A stretch of DNA of 64,000 nt from Octopus vulgaris (GCA_951406725.2 OX597822.1:26102001-26166000), one strand, 5' to 3'. Numbered from the stretch's first letter, positions 49,901 through 61,935 are shown. Made by a program: numbers and translations. Notes: generated by a model not told the origin, from the letters alone.

Positions 49901-51692
49901 TTCTTCATTCACCTGATAGCATATATAATGTAGCTGAGAAATAGTGGTAGTTTGAATAAAATTTAATTAAAAGAAAATTATTGGGTCCATTGGACCCAGT
50001 TGGTAATTAGTGACATACATTTTCTCTGGTAGACCAAGGGTTAATGGGAGAAAAATATTGAAAAACATCAATACATGTGAGAGTAAAAACGGAAGGTGAT
50101 TTGGGTTGTGCTAGAAACAACAGCCAAACGTCTCTTGAATTGTTCATTTTTTCCCCCTGAAAATATTTACAATTTTGTCCTTTTTTTTCACTGAAATGGC
50201 TCCTCCCATGGTTTTTAATGAAAAGAAAATAGCTTAAAACAGTCCAGATAGTTATTACTGTAAGGCTTATAGCGTTAAAAAAAAAAAAACAACAAAATCA
50301 CTGGTATATTAAAAAAACAGCCAAAACTCCCTTGGTTCCCCTTTCCCTGTGAAAATAGTTCCAAATTTTTTTTTTTTTTTTTTTGGTTTGGTAAATTTAA
50401 CACAAAAATCACTTAAAAATTATACCGGTATAATTATTATTCGTTGAGAAATACAATGGAATGTAATTACAAACTTGTATGCTTACAAGCACACGAAGAA
50501 AGACAGAGGAATGTAGCAGGGAAAAAAAGTTAATAAACATCGATAAACGTAGTAAGAGATAAGTAGCAACACATGAATACGTGTGGAAATAAGTATCGTT
50601 TTACAATAAGTATGTGTATTGCTCTAGAATGTGTGTGTGTTAACTACTCCCTTTGCACAAGAGACCACATAAAAACGACATTATATTCAACCAATTTTAA
50701 AATATCTTTTTACAACAGTGATTACTAAGATTAAATAACAGAGTTCATTTCCGTTCTGTGACACATTTTATAGACATAAAAACAGCACACCTTAGAATTT
50801 TTGTCGACATTCGTCGATTCCCCACTTGTGTAAATAACACTTTACCAGCAAACCAATTAAACTAACTTCACCGTTTTATAGTACATTTTATAAACAATAA
50901 AACAGCACGCCTTAGAACTGCTTACAGATATTCGGTGATTCTACACGTGTAGTATAAATAACATTTTAAGAACCAGCGAGGAAGCCTGTGATTACTAAGG
51001 CCTGTTAGAATGACTTTAATTGCTGTTTTATAGTTCATTTTATAAACAATAAAATATGCTTTGGACCATTGTAAACATCCGGAATCCAAGCATGTCGTTT
51101 CTATACGGTAGAATAGGTTCTCTACAGGTGCTGGTTATTTACGTGTATTCGACAACTTTGCCATATATATATGCACATATATATATATATTAATTGGTAA
51201 AAACGGTAAGATAACAAAAGAAAGAAAGAGACCTCAATATTATGTAAATAGAGGAAATATTATGTAAATAGAGATGTTGTGGATTTCCACCTCGGTATCC
51301 GAAACTCAGAGTTTTATCTTGGCTACCGAATAATTGTCACAAATTATTTTACATATACATATATATATATATATATGGTCAGGGGATCAGATATCCCAAA
51401 AAGAAGCCCACTCAAAACGTTAGAGCAGTAATGTAATTTATAAGAAGTTAATTATCATGACTGGCGATGTATGTATGGAAGTAAGTGCCCGCACGCAATA
51501 ATATGTCCCTGTTCAGTAAAATCATGTTTAGTAAAAAAAAAAATTACAAATAACAACAGAATAATGGTTATTTATATATTTCCTTACCGGAGAAGGTTCA
51601 GTATGAATGCTCGAAATTATAAGATATACAAAAAGGCCAATTATAGTCAGGATATAAGCTTTTAAACAGAGTCGCTTCTTACTTACGATCAT
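36827..51692 (-). CDS. METTL24: METTL24-like methyltransferase, copy B, complete 6-exon CDS: join(51588..51692,47640..47704,47032..47160,43026..43100,40176..40311,36827..37123), 807 nt, 268 aa
   Basis: All introns are GT-AG and phases are consistent (0,2,2,2,0). Family motifs: [47 protein letters not shown]-terminus is basic then hydrophobic (signal anchor). An extra small exon in intron 1 cannot be excluded. Confidence 0.85.
38265..38295 (+). mobile_element. Helitron 3' terminus
   Basis: ACCTGGGCAATGCCGGGT...CTAGT; 5' end not located. Confidence 0.5.
38319..38550. repeat. imperfect inverted repeat, about 100-bp arms, centred on (TA)n
   Basis: AAAAGGAGTTGAGCTTGTGAACCCTTTTTGTTAGG versus CCTAACAAAAAGGGTCACAAGTTCAACTCCTTTT. 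Confidence 0.85.
39305..39490. repeat. local direct duplication, about 100 bp
   Basis: CTTCAAAGAGATAGACAATGGTGATGAGA..CAGGTGGCACTTCAGATAG occurs twice. Confidence 0.85.
40176..40311 (-). CDS. METTL24: copy B exon 5 ([45 protein letters not shown])
   Basis: Polypyrimidine tract plus TACAG acceptor, GTAAGT donor, 136 nt. FH.IG and TL..I...L.H family pattern. Confidence 0.9.
40785..41345 (+). mobile_element. RTE LINE RT fragment
   Basis: [30 protein letters not shown] motifs. Confidence 0.8.
42395..42800 (+). mobile_element. SINE family 1, near full-length copy
   Basis: Head through AGTAAAAGAGTAAAAGAG tail. Confidence 0.88.
43026..43100 (-). CDS. METTL24: copy B exon 4 ([24 protein letters not shown])
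   Basis: CAACAG acceptor, GTAAGT donor, 75 nt. CEVHSFDP motif. Confidence 0.92.
43888..44395 (+). repeat. minisatellite with about 116-bp higher-order unit (about 42+42+32 bp subunits)
   Basis: AAGCAAAATGGCCAAGTTACTGGGC recurs at 44041, 44157 and 44273. Confidence 0.85.
47032..47160 (-). CDS. METTL24: copy B exon 3 ([43 protein letters not shown])
   Basis: AG acceptor, GTAAGT donor, 129 nt. GDGGW.VC and CLVYSFG motifs. Confidence 0.92.
47640..47704 (-). CDS. METTL24: copy B exon 2 ([21 protein letters not shown])
   Basis: TTTAG acceptor, GTAATA donor, 65 nt. Paralog of 13547-13611. Confidence 0.85.
48153..48443. repeat. inverted repeat, about 85-bp arms, around a Penelope-like remnant
   Basis: TACCTACCTCTACATGTATATATACACGCATATATGAGTAC versus its reverse complement starting at 48357. 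Confidence 0.8.
48966..49390 (+). mobile_element. mariner 5' fragment
   Basis: TA-CAAGGTCT..CAATAAGTATCCGGACTG end; helix-turn-helix-like QVYEWFR...RSG.P. Confidence 0.7.
49400..50040 (+). mobile_element. piggyBac 3' fragment
   Basis: [17 protein letters not shown], Cys-rich C..C...C..C..C.EH...C..C tail, terminus AGGG|TTAA at 50040. Confidence 0.8.
51588..51692 (-). CDS. METTL24: copy B exon 1 ([35 protein letters not shown]), signal anchor
   Basis: ATG at 51692, 35 codons, donor GTAAGG. Homologous to copy A exon 1, including flanks. Confidence 0.75.
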
Positions 51693-52177
51693 TTCAAGAC
51701 CAAGTCAGTACTAACAAGTTTATAAAGTTGGTTTACGATAAATTGCCGAAAAACATAGTCTGCTGGCCTTTGCCGGCAAATTCTTGTGTTGAGAATAGTT
51801 TATAAAATTAGACCAAAATACGTTTTTCAAGTTTCTATTATTCCACTTTATATTTGTTGCCTTTCCTTTTTTTTTTATGCGATTTAAAATTTACAGTTGT
51901 TCGTGTCAATATTTTGGTTTCCGGCTCAACTGAAATACGTTAATAGGTGATAACTACCTGTTCAAAGGTAAAATGATATGAATTTATTGATTCTGACTTT
52001 CAATGATTTCATTTTCTCCGTCCAATAATATTTAAAATATGCTTTCTATAAAATTATTCTTATAAGATTTGAAAACTGTTCGTGATTTTTTCTTCCTACT
52101 TTTTTTTTCAAACTTCGTTATATTATTTGGTTTTTCTATAGTTATTTTATAGTTATTCCTTTCCTATTTGGGTTACT

Positions 52178-52589
52178 GGATCTTTTCGGTTTGACCGGCA
52201 GTTTTTTAAAATAATTTCCACGTAACTAAACACGTTTAAATTTCGTATACTGGTAGAATGTGTTTATAAAACATCTTTTTCTCTTGCCTTTATTGAGAAA
52301 ATTCTATAGTTTGTAAGATATTTGTTGTTTTTTTTCTTCAATTTCTGCAATTTCAACCAATCAATGACGTCTATTGAGGTGAAAACATTCTGTGCCGTAT
52401 GAATATGTCCCTCGTTTAAGAAACAGATTGGGTTTATTTACATTTCTGAAGAAAAAAAGATACGCTTCCCCCCACACCTAACCCTAAAACAGATTGAAAC
52501 GCAATAGATCGATACTAGTGTCATAATTATGGGTGACAATTTCATATGACACCGCTAGAAAAAAACTGCCGTTCAAACCGAAAAGATCC
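52178..52589. mobile_element. GG-terminated MITE (Merlin-like); same family as 57941-58374 and 63032-63466, opposite orientation
   Basis: Terminal inverted repeat GGATCTTTTCGGTTTGA.CGGCAGTTTTT; absent from the copy A upstream region. Confidence 0.85.
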
Positions 52590-52668
52590 CCTTTCCTATT
52601 TGGGTTGCTTTATTAGAACAAATATGGTAATTTTTAACAGAGTCATACTCTGGGATATGGAAACAGTC

Positions 52669-53283
52669 GGATCTTTTCCTTTTGAACGGCACATGTCAAC
52701 ACAATTTCTAGTTAACTAAACACTTTAAAACTTCGTATACTGGTAGAATGTGTCAAAATAAAACATTTTTTCTCTTGGCTTTCTTGAGAAAATTGTAATT
52801 CGTTTGTTTAACGTAGTTTAGTTTTTCGAATTTTAACCAATGAATCGCCTCTAATTGAGCTAAAATCATTTGCTGCGTCTAAAACTGAGACAACATCTTG
52901 TCACTAACCTAACCTAACCCTTTTTTAGCCTTTTTTTTTTTTCTTAATTGTTAATTTAATTTAATTGTTACGTGTGTGTCTAAATTAAATTAACAATTAA
53001 GAAAAAAAAAACGAAAGGCTAAAATTTAGGGTTAGGGTTAATGTTAGTGACAAGATGTTGTCTCAGTTTTAGACGCAGCAAATGATTTTAGCTCAATTAG
53101 AGGCAATTGATTGGTTAAAATTCGAAAAATTAAACTACGTTAAACAAACGAATTACAATTTTCTCAAGAAAGCCAAGAGAAAAAAATGTTTTATTTTGAC
53201 ACATTCTACCAGTATACGAAGTTTTAAAGTGTTTAGTTAACTAGAAATTGTGTTGACATGTGCCGTTCAAAAGGAAAAGATCC
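52669..53283. mobile_element. fold-back MITE, 615 bp, almost entirely palindromic, 8-bp TSD
   Basis: AAACAGTC|GGATCTTTTCC...GGAAAAGATCC|AAACAGTC; empty site in copy A at about 26775. Confidence 0.92.
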
Positions 53284-53614
53284 AAACAGTCAACTAAATT
53301 GTCTTATTTCTTTACAGGTATTATTTCATCTCACCTGAGAAAAAGCTTAGTCGACCCCGAGGGCACTTGAATGCAGTGGGACGTAAATTAAATGTTACAA
53401 AATAATTTCCAATTCTGTCTTATCGGAGTTGTCGTTCATGCTTGTAATTTTTGGTTAAATTTTAGAGTTCTTGTCTCCTCACTGCTTGGAATAACCACAG
53501 TTGATCGAAGCTTATCAATTTATTGTAAAGTAATCCTACAATCTATTTATTGTATTCATCTCTAATATGAAGTAATAACCATTAAAATGAGGTTCTCTCT
53601 TTCTCTCTGTCTCC

Positions 53615-53972
53615 TTAATGACCACCAGCAAGGTTTCCATAAAGCCAGATCCTCTGGGGATCAACTGTTTTCTGTCACCTACTATTGGGCTCCTCAATGA
53701 GTACATCCTGCCAGTGATAATTTACAGCAGTGAAACGTGGACTCTCAACACTACCATCACGGACGCTCTCATTGTAGTCAAACGCAAAACGGAACGAATC
53801 ATGCTCAGAATCACAATGCGGGACGAGAAAACAAATACCTGGATACGGCAGCACACGAGCGCCAACGACATCATAAGAGCCATCAAGGAAAATAAATATA
53901 AATGGGCTGGCTACATCGCATGGCTGAAGAACAACAGATGGACAATCAGGGTGACGTTATGGATACCAAGAC
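53615..53972 (+). mobile_element. RTE LINE 3' fragment (start shared with copy A flank at about 27530)
   Basis: ILPVIIYSSETWTL, MLRIT, KWAGYI, NNRWT motifs. Confidence 0.75.
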
Positions 53973-55185
53973 AATGTTTACACCCTACTGAGATAGTATT
54001 TGCCATTCATTTTTACGGAGGCAATAATATCAATAACAGAGTTCAGAAGCCGATATTAATTGGCTATACTCATCTCCAAATTCATAATTTTAAACCAATG
54101 TTTGACATCAGTATCAATCTCTATAGGAATGACCGTCGGAAGACAGCAAACGACAGCGCCTTCCACTAAAAGTACGTAATGGCATTTAATAACTCTATGC
54201 GAAGTTTATATCTGGAAGACGTTAAGGCGGCGAGCTGGCAGAAACGTTAGCACGCCGGGCGAAATGCGTAGCCGTATTTATCTGCCGTTACGTTCTTAGT
54301 TCAAATTCCGCCGAGGTCGACTTTGCCTTCCATCCTTTCGGGGTCGATAAATTAAGTACCAGTTAGGCACTGGGGTCGATGTAATCGACTTAATCCGTTT
54401 GCCTGTCCTTGTTTGTCCTCACTGTGTTTAGCCCCTTGTGGGTAGTAAAGAAAAATATATCTGGAAGACGTCGGTAAGATAGGTTTTTCAATGATTTCGT
54501 TCGACTATACTTCTCTCGTGCACATTCTTGACATATTGATTTTGAATTTTGGCACAAGGCTAGCAATTTCGGGGAGGGGGTAAGTCGATTACATCGACCC
54601 CAGTACTCAGTCTCGAAAGGATAAAAGGCAAAGTCGAGCGCGGTGAAATTTGAACTCAAAACGAGAAGACGGAGGAATTGCAACCGTGTTTCGTGGTCTG
54701 CTACCACAGCAGCTCCTTTATAAGATCCAGTTTGCTCAAGACATCATCAGGAGGAACCACGTCCGGTTTCGGCCCCTACTCCTCTACCGTTTTGACGTGG
54801 CGGGCCCCACCCTTTCGGAGGTGTCTTCAGCTCTGGTGTTGGGTGCATGTCTTCTTTCTTCTGTTCCCTGGCCTCTTCGATGTATCGTCAGCTTTTCAAC
54901 CGGCGTACTAACGTTTCTGCCTGCTCGCCGCCTTACACATTCTTGGTATAATGCCAATGTTGATATTGGCGAGTCGCAGTAGTAAAGCTCAAAATTCAAA
55001 GACGTGTGAAGATTATATACTGTGGTTTCGGTTGAAATACATTCTGAAAATAGTCTTGCGTTTTTACCATTTTTTCTTCATTTTCGATCTTCTGAATTAC
55101 TTTATTCAGTTATTGATATTATATTTGTATACATTCATATTTTGATAAAATAATATTTTGTAGTTGTTGTGTGCGTGTGTATATG

Positions 55186-55975
55186 TACACTGCGTCCCAC
55201 ATTATTTGAAAATCAACCCTGTCTCAATAAATAAATGTATATTCGTTCAAAACTGGTTGTTTTCCCACTGACTGTTGGCAACACCTATCTGTGCACATTC
55301 TGTTAAAATATATCGGATCTGCACAGACGAAAAGAAACGGCGGCCATTATCGTGTAGCAGCAAAATTTCTGCTGTGCCAAATTATTAGGCAGGTGCCCAG
55401 TTTAAGTGTCATTATGGGGTCAGAAATGTGATCTTACCTCGAATGAGAAGTTTACCATCGTGCCAGGGCTTGGAAAAGGAAAAACAACCGTAGAAATATC
55501 AAAAATACTGGAGATAGATCACCGAACAGTGAAGAAATGTGTGTAGTCTCCTATTTCTGTCCGGTCCAGGGAGATAAGGGTAAGTCGAGGGTTGCTTCGA
55601 ATCGTACTTTGTCGTATGTGAAAACGGAACTTATGCGGAACCCATGTCTGACAAGTAGAGAAGTCTTCAAACGTTGTGGCAGGGAAGACGTATCGAAAAC
55701 TATCAGGTGTCACCTCTTGAAGCAGGTAGCCAGGAATGTTGGACCTATTATAAGGCCCCTTCTGAAGGATGTTCATAAGTAGAAGAGACTAAATGGGCAG
55801 GAGAATACGTACAGATAGATATATCAACAGTTCTGTTCACTGACGAATGCCGTGCTACCCTTGACGGACCAGATGGCTTGAGTAAAGGTTGGGTATCAAT
55901 CAGATGGAACCGTCCTCAGTTTGAGACGCCAAAAGGGGAGACGTGGGGTTATGTTTTGGGCTGGCAAAATATTCA
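55186..55975 (+). mobile_element. degenerate Tc1-like transposon
   Basis: TA-CACTG end; EISKILEIDHRTVKK, VLFTDECRATLDGPDG, VMFWAG motifs. Confidence 0.85.
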
Positions 55976-55989
55976 AGAATCGGAAGGAA

Positions 55990-56270
55990 TTAAAGGTGAA
56001 TGCAAATATGAATAGCAAAACAAAATATCTCATCCACTGCATCGCATGCCCACGATGCTGTATGAATGACATCAGAGAACAAGATAAAAATTAACCAACT
56101 GTGTGAGGGTGCACAAGCAGCAAAGTAAAGATTCATCTTTTAGTAAATGTTCCATGTTATGAACATCTAAACGCAAATGGAAAATGAAAATATTTTCTTT
56201 TTTCAAAGTAAAAGAAGACAATAATCAGCTTCGAAAGGCAAAAGAAGAATACTCTACAAGAATTCTAAAT
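55990..56270 (+). mobile_element. Penelope-like GIY-YIG endonuclease remnant
   Basis: LIHCIACP.C ... EHL ... KIF.FFKV.E.N..LRKAKE pattern. Confidence 0.5.
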
Positions 56271-56794
56271 TCAGAAATAGTCAATCCCATTACCAAAAGC
56301 AGCTTCCTCTTCACAGATCTGCCCATAACACGTGTGTTTGAAAAGTTGCTCAACAAAAGCGCTTACGTATGATACGAAAACATTTTCCCAAAAGGTTTGT
56401 GTGTGGGTGTGTGTGTATTATGTATGTATGTATGTATGTATGTATGTATGTATGTATGTATGTATGTATGTATGTATGTATGTATGTATGTATGTATGTA
56501 TACACACACACACGCGCGCGCGCATATACATACATGTATGTATATATAAAGATATACATACATATATATGTTTGTGATGTTTGTGTTTGTCCCCTCAACA
56601 TCGCTTGACAACCGATGCTGGTGTGTTTAGGTTCCCGTAACTTAGCGGTTCGGCAAAAGAGACCGATAGAATAAGTCCTGGGGTCGATTTGCTCGACTAA
56701 AGACGGTGCTCCAGCATGGCCACAGTCAAATGACTGAAACAAGTAACAGAGTAAAAGAATATATATATATACCCTTTTATATATATCTATACCC

Positions 56795-57011
56795 TTTTAC
56801 TCTTTTATTTGTTTCAGTCATTTGACTGCGGCCATGCTGGAACACCGCCTTTAGTCGAGCAAATCGACCCCAGGACTTATTCTTCGTAAGCCTAGTACTT
56901 ATTCTATCTGACTCTTTTGCCGAACCACTCAGTTACGAGAACGTAAACACACTACCAAGCGATGTTGGGGGGCACAAACACAGACATAGAAATATATACA
57001 CACACAAATAC

Positions 57012-57083
<72 letters not shown>

Positions 57084-57285
57084 ACGATGATGATGATGAT
57101 GATGATATATATACATATATACGACGGGTTTCTTTCAGCTTCCGTCTACCAAATCCACTCACAAGGTTTTGGTCGGTCCAAGGTTATAGTAGAAGACACT
57201 CGCCCAAGGTGCCATGCAGTGGGACTGAATCCAGAACCATGTGGTTGGTAAGCAAGCTACTTACCAAACAGCCACTCCTACGCCT
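56795..57285 (-). mobile_element. SINE family 1, full-length minus copy, tail-to-tail with the + copy at 56570-56760
   Basis: Reverse complement of the family 1 sequence. Confidence 0.85.
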
Positions 57286-57352
57286 ACATACATACATACA
57301 TACATACATACATACATACATACATACATACATACATACATACATACATACA

Positions 57353-57383
<31 letters not shown>

Positions 57384-57940
57384 GATTAATGCGAGAGACG
57401 GAAAATGGAAGATACGAAATGTTTATTGATCGTTACAATTGTTTCGATTCATTTAGCATCGATTCACCTTGCAATGTAAGATACTGAACAACTGGTTTAT
57501 GAGTATCTGTCGGTGTATTTGTGTCTCCTCGGGTGAATAGATGTATATCGTTATAATAACGTCTGTTCCGCAAAATTTCTTCTCGGTGTTTGTATATAAA
57601 AACATCAAATTAAGAGATGTAGCTTCAATATTATAAAGGATCAATAATAAATATCAGATGCAAAAGGAAACAAATATACAATACAGCGAAAAATATATTA
57701 GATATAACTGTTAGTAGATATGAATGTATAAACACTTTCACTTAGGTTGTATGGCGTACGTACACTCGCTCGTAGAAACTTAAAGGAATATATAAGCATA
57801 GTCACACGTGTGGTTTGGCGCACATACGTTCACACAACGAATTGAATTGATACTTTGTGTTTGTAAGAATGGGGAGGTTGCGGTTAACTCATAAATGCAT
57901 TAAGGTAAAATATGGTTATTGATTTGGTTAAGGATTAATC

Positions 57941-58374
57941 GGATCTTTTCGGTTTGAACGGCAGTTTTTTCTAGCGGTGTCATATGAAATTGTCACCCAT
58001 AATTATGACCCTAGTATCGATCTATTGCATTTCAATCTGTTTTAGGGTTAGGGTTAGTTAGGGTTCGTGTTAGGGGTGGGGGAGAAGGGTATCTTTTTTT
58101 CTTCACAAATGTACAGAAACCCAATCTGTTTCTTAAACGAGGGACATATTCATACGGCATAGAATGTTTTTTTACCTCAATGGACGTCATTGATTGATTG
58201 AAATTGCAGAAATTGAAGAAAAAAACAACAAATATCTTACAAACTATAGAATTTTCTCAATAAAGCCAAAAGAAAAAGATGTTTTATAAACACATTCTAC
58301 CAGTATACGAAGTTTTAAATTTTTTAGTTACCTAGAAATTATGTTAAAAACTTCCGTTCAAACCGAAAAGATCC
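57941..58374. mobile_element. Merlin-like MITE with 8-bp TSD GATTAATC
   Basis: GATTAATC|GGATCTTTTCGG...CCGAAAAGATCC|GATTAATC. Confidence 0.9.
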
Positions 58375-59499
58375 GATTAATCAAATTCATTCCCACTGCA
58401 TTGCGCGACGGTGCATTTATAAGCATGCAAGCACCTCGACAATCTTTCAGAAATCCTATTAATGATATTCTCATTGGTCCACAAAAAAGACAGGGGTTCC
58501 TCGGAGCGGAGTCTGCATCTTCTGGAAAATATACTATACGGTTGCGCGTATCTTGTTATTGACCAAGTTAGATCATATTTAATTTTATCTTCCTTAAGGA
58601 TGTGACAACTGCAGAGAGAGAGAGAGAGAGAGATGCCTGCAACAGCAGTGTGGGCTAGATTGACGCGGAAAAATGTATTTTGCTCAAGGACACAAAAAAA
58701 CAGCTGGTCAAAGAATTGAAACTGCAACATTATGATCGTGACCCGAACATTTAATCTTATTTTCTTTCCACTTTAAAGCAGGGTCGTCGTAGCCATAACG
58801 TTAATTTTATGTTCAGCTTCTCCTCAATTAGATTGTCGAGTCAGGCCTTAATACGATTGAAAATAAAGGAAATGCTTAACTTCATGTACACTCAAGTAAA
58901 CTTTAACCTCATATTAAGATTATTTAAGCGCTTATGGATACTAAATTATATTTTACATTATTGATTAAGAAGAAGTAGATAAGAAAAAATAACTTGCATT
59001 AATAAATCAAATGACACTGTTATCAAGGTAAGTAACTCTAATTTGACATTATAAAGTTGTTTCCCTTGCAAAAAAATTGGTTTCACTTAATGGTGTTAGT
59101 TGATGTTGCCTATTTCAGTTCTAATCAAAGCATTCTAAAACAAATTATTTATGATTATATTATCCACCGTGTGTCTCGTTTTTGAAATTGTATGGTATAG
59201 TTTTGAGAAGAATTTGGTTGATAACTTTTTTGTACATCGTGTGATTATGACAAGGTTCCCCAACTAAATGTTATAATGGCTAAGAATATTCATCTAGTAA
59301 GCAAGAGATGTGAAAGTTAGACTTTATCAGCACTTCTCATTGTTAATATTCACTCTTGAATTCTCATTTAGCATGAATATCGTTAAACATTTAAAAAAAA
59401 TAAAATTTGTAGTTGTTCTATAACCGACGTACTAAAGATTCTGCCAGCTGCCACCTACTTCGCCTCTCCGTTCTAATATATTTATAAAATCGTTATCAG

Positions 59500-60138
59500 T
59501 TATCAGGCGCAGCCGTCTCGCCGACATGTCCGCGATGTGAGCAGGATAGGGAAACCATCTTTCACGCATTCGTGGAGTGCCCGGAGTTATCGGGACTGAT
59601 TGCTTTTGCCGAACAACTGTTGTCAGTGAATGGAAGAGTACAGCTATCAGCGGAGTCTATCATTGAGATTGTGTCACCTCCCTTCCTCAGCAGGGAAAGG
59701 AAGGCTTGTTTTTCCTGCGTAGTATCCATACTGAAAGAAACAGTATGGAAGACGCGTACGAAAGGTATAGTGACAGGTACCTTTGTATCCGGCCAGGGGT
59801 TGGTTAGCTTTTTAGTTACCACCTCGGTAGTAAGATCAGGCTGGAGAAGAGGTGTCTGTCACGAGATATGTTTGCGAAAAGATGGAAGTCTGTAGCTTGC
59901 AAGCTGGGTATATTTTGCACCAGGTAAGTGTGGCCGGATCAAGAAGTAAAGGTTCTACCCAGATGGCTGGGTTCCTTGCCCTACTGTGTAATATTAAATT
60001 TGTAAACTTTATATTGTAAATATTGTACACATTATATTGTAAATACTAAAACGTTTTAAGCTACTACACCCTATATGTTTGTCTGTATTTGTATGTCCCC
60101 TCTATGTAACGCCTTAATGGCGAATTTTCATGAAGTAA
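59500..60138 (+). mobile_element. Tx1/L1-clade LINE 3' fragment (zf-RVT plus 3' UTR), related to 11155-12392
   Basis: PTCPRCEQDRETIFHAFVECPELS...RVQLSAESI...KACF..V.ILKE.VW.TR. Confidence 0.85.
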
Positions 60139-60537
60139 AGTAGCTTGCTTATCAACCACATGGTTCCTGGTTCAGTCCCACTGCGTGGCACCTTGGGCAA
60201 GTGTCTTCTATGATAGCCTCGGGCCGACCAAAGCCTTGTGAGTGGATCTGGTAGACGGAAACTGAAAGAAGCCCATCGTATATATGTATATATGTGTGTG
60301 TGTGTGCGTTTGTGTGTCTGTATTTTGCTCAAAGACACAATGGAACAGCTGGTGTGTTTACATCCCCGTAACTTAGCGGTTCAGCAAAAGAGACCGATAG
60401 AATAAGTACTGGGCTTACAAAGAATAAGTCCTGGGGTCGATTTGCTCGACTAAAAGGCGGTGCTCCAGCATGGCCGCAGTCAAATGACTGAAACAAAATC
60501 TCTCTCTCGCTCCCTCCCGCCTTATCTTCAGTATATC

Positions 60538-60599
<62 letters not shown>

Positions 60600-60928
60600 G
60601 TACAGGACGTCACCAACTGTGCAAACAGCATGAAATACGTAAATAACAAGAGAAAGATGGAAAACGGGACAAGTAAATACAGAGAAAGGACCCTTCATCA
60701 GTTGTCGGCTGTCTATCTACTCCTCATTTCGAGCATTCAACGACAATATGAGTCTTCAAAGACAGTTGTTCCCATAAATTCTAAAATAAAATTTAGGATT
60801 TATGAAGGGTCAAAGCTGGGAACAAAAACAGGACAATGGAGACACACAAGGAAAACGACCGGAAACAAACATGGAGGAGCGTTAGACCAGAACGAGAGGA
60901 AAATAGTGAACGCTCGGAGTTTTAGTAT

Positions 60929-60963
<35 letters not shown>

Positions 60964-61160
60964 ATATGAATTAGAAATAAAACCACTATTAGGCAACTCA
61001 AACAGTGATAGACATAAACCAATGCATAAATAAAAAATAATATAAATGTAATTAATATAATATTATATACATATAATATATATATATAATATATATATAT
61101 AATATATATATATATATAATATATGTATATAATATATATATAATATATATATATTATATA

Positions 61161-61249
<89 letters not shown>

Positions 61250-61559
61250 TTTTTTTCCCCAAAAGTATACAAAGAATGATAAATATAATATAATAAGTAA
61301 TAAGTATGAGTTGTATACATACATACCCACATACACACACACACATATATATATACCCCACGCATATACATACATATTTGTGTGTGTGTGTGTGTGCGCG
61401 CGCGCGCGTTATTTCACAAGTAACATAATTCTAAGAAAGGCCACTCTGAAACTAATTAAAACCAATTTTCTTAGTGGCCGTTTATCAGCATTTGGCGTCT
61501 ACGTCATAGTCGAATGAAGTATGACAATAGTTCAGAAACTGACAGGTCCAGTTGCTTAA

Positions 61560-61582
61560 AACGTGTGTGTGTGTATGTGTGT

Positions 61583-61636
<54 letters not shown>

Positions 61637-61783
61637 GCGATGTGTTTGTGTATGCGTGTATGTCTGTCTACGTGTGTATGTATGTATATATATATGTATG
61701 TTTTACGTATGCATGTATGTCTACGTATGTATATATATATGTCTACATATGTATGTACGTACGTATGTATGTATGCATGTTTG

Positions 61784-61824
<41 letters not shown>

Positions 61825-61845
61825 ATATGTATGTATGTATGCATG

Positions 61846-61935
<90 letters not shown>
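61560..61935. repeat. (TG)n/(TATG)n/(TA)n microsatellite block, representative of dozens in the window (e.g. 1470-1640, 4240-4480, 18795-19020, 25025-25300, 61060-61245)
   Basis: Directly visible. Confidence 0.95.

Noticed and set aside
53618-54169. 183-aa ORF as a host gene
   Set aside because: RTE LINE fragment reading into flanking DNA.
59080-59170. Similarity to 29120-29250 as the boundary of the tandem duplication
   Set aside because: The segment looks like a dispersed repeat, so paralogy cannot be established by eye.
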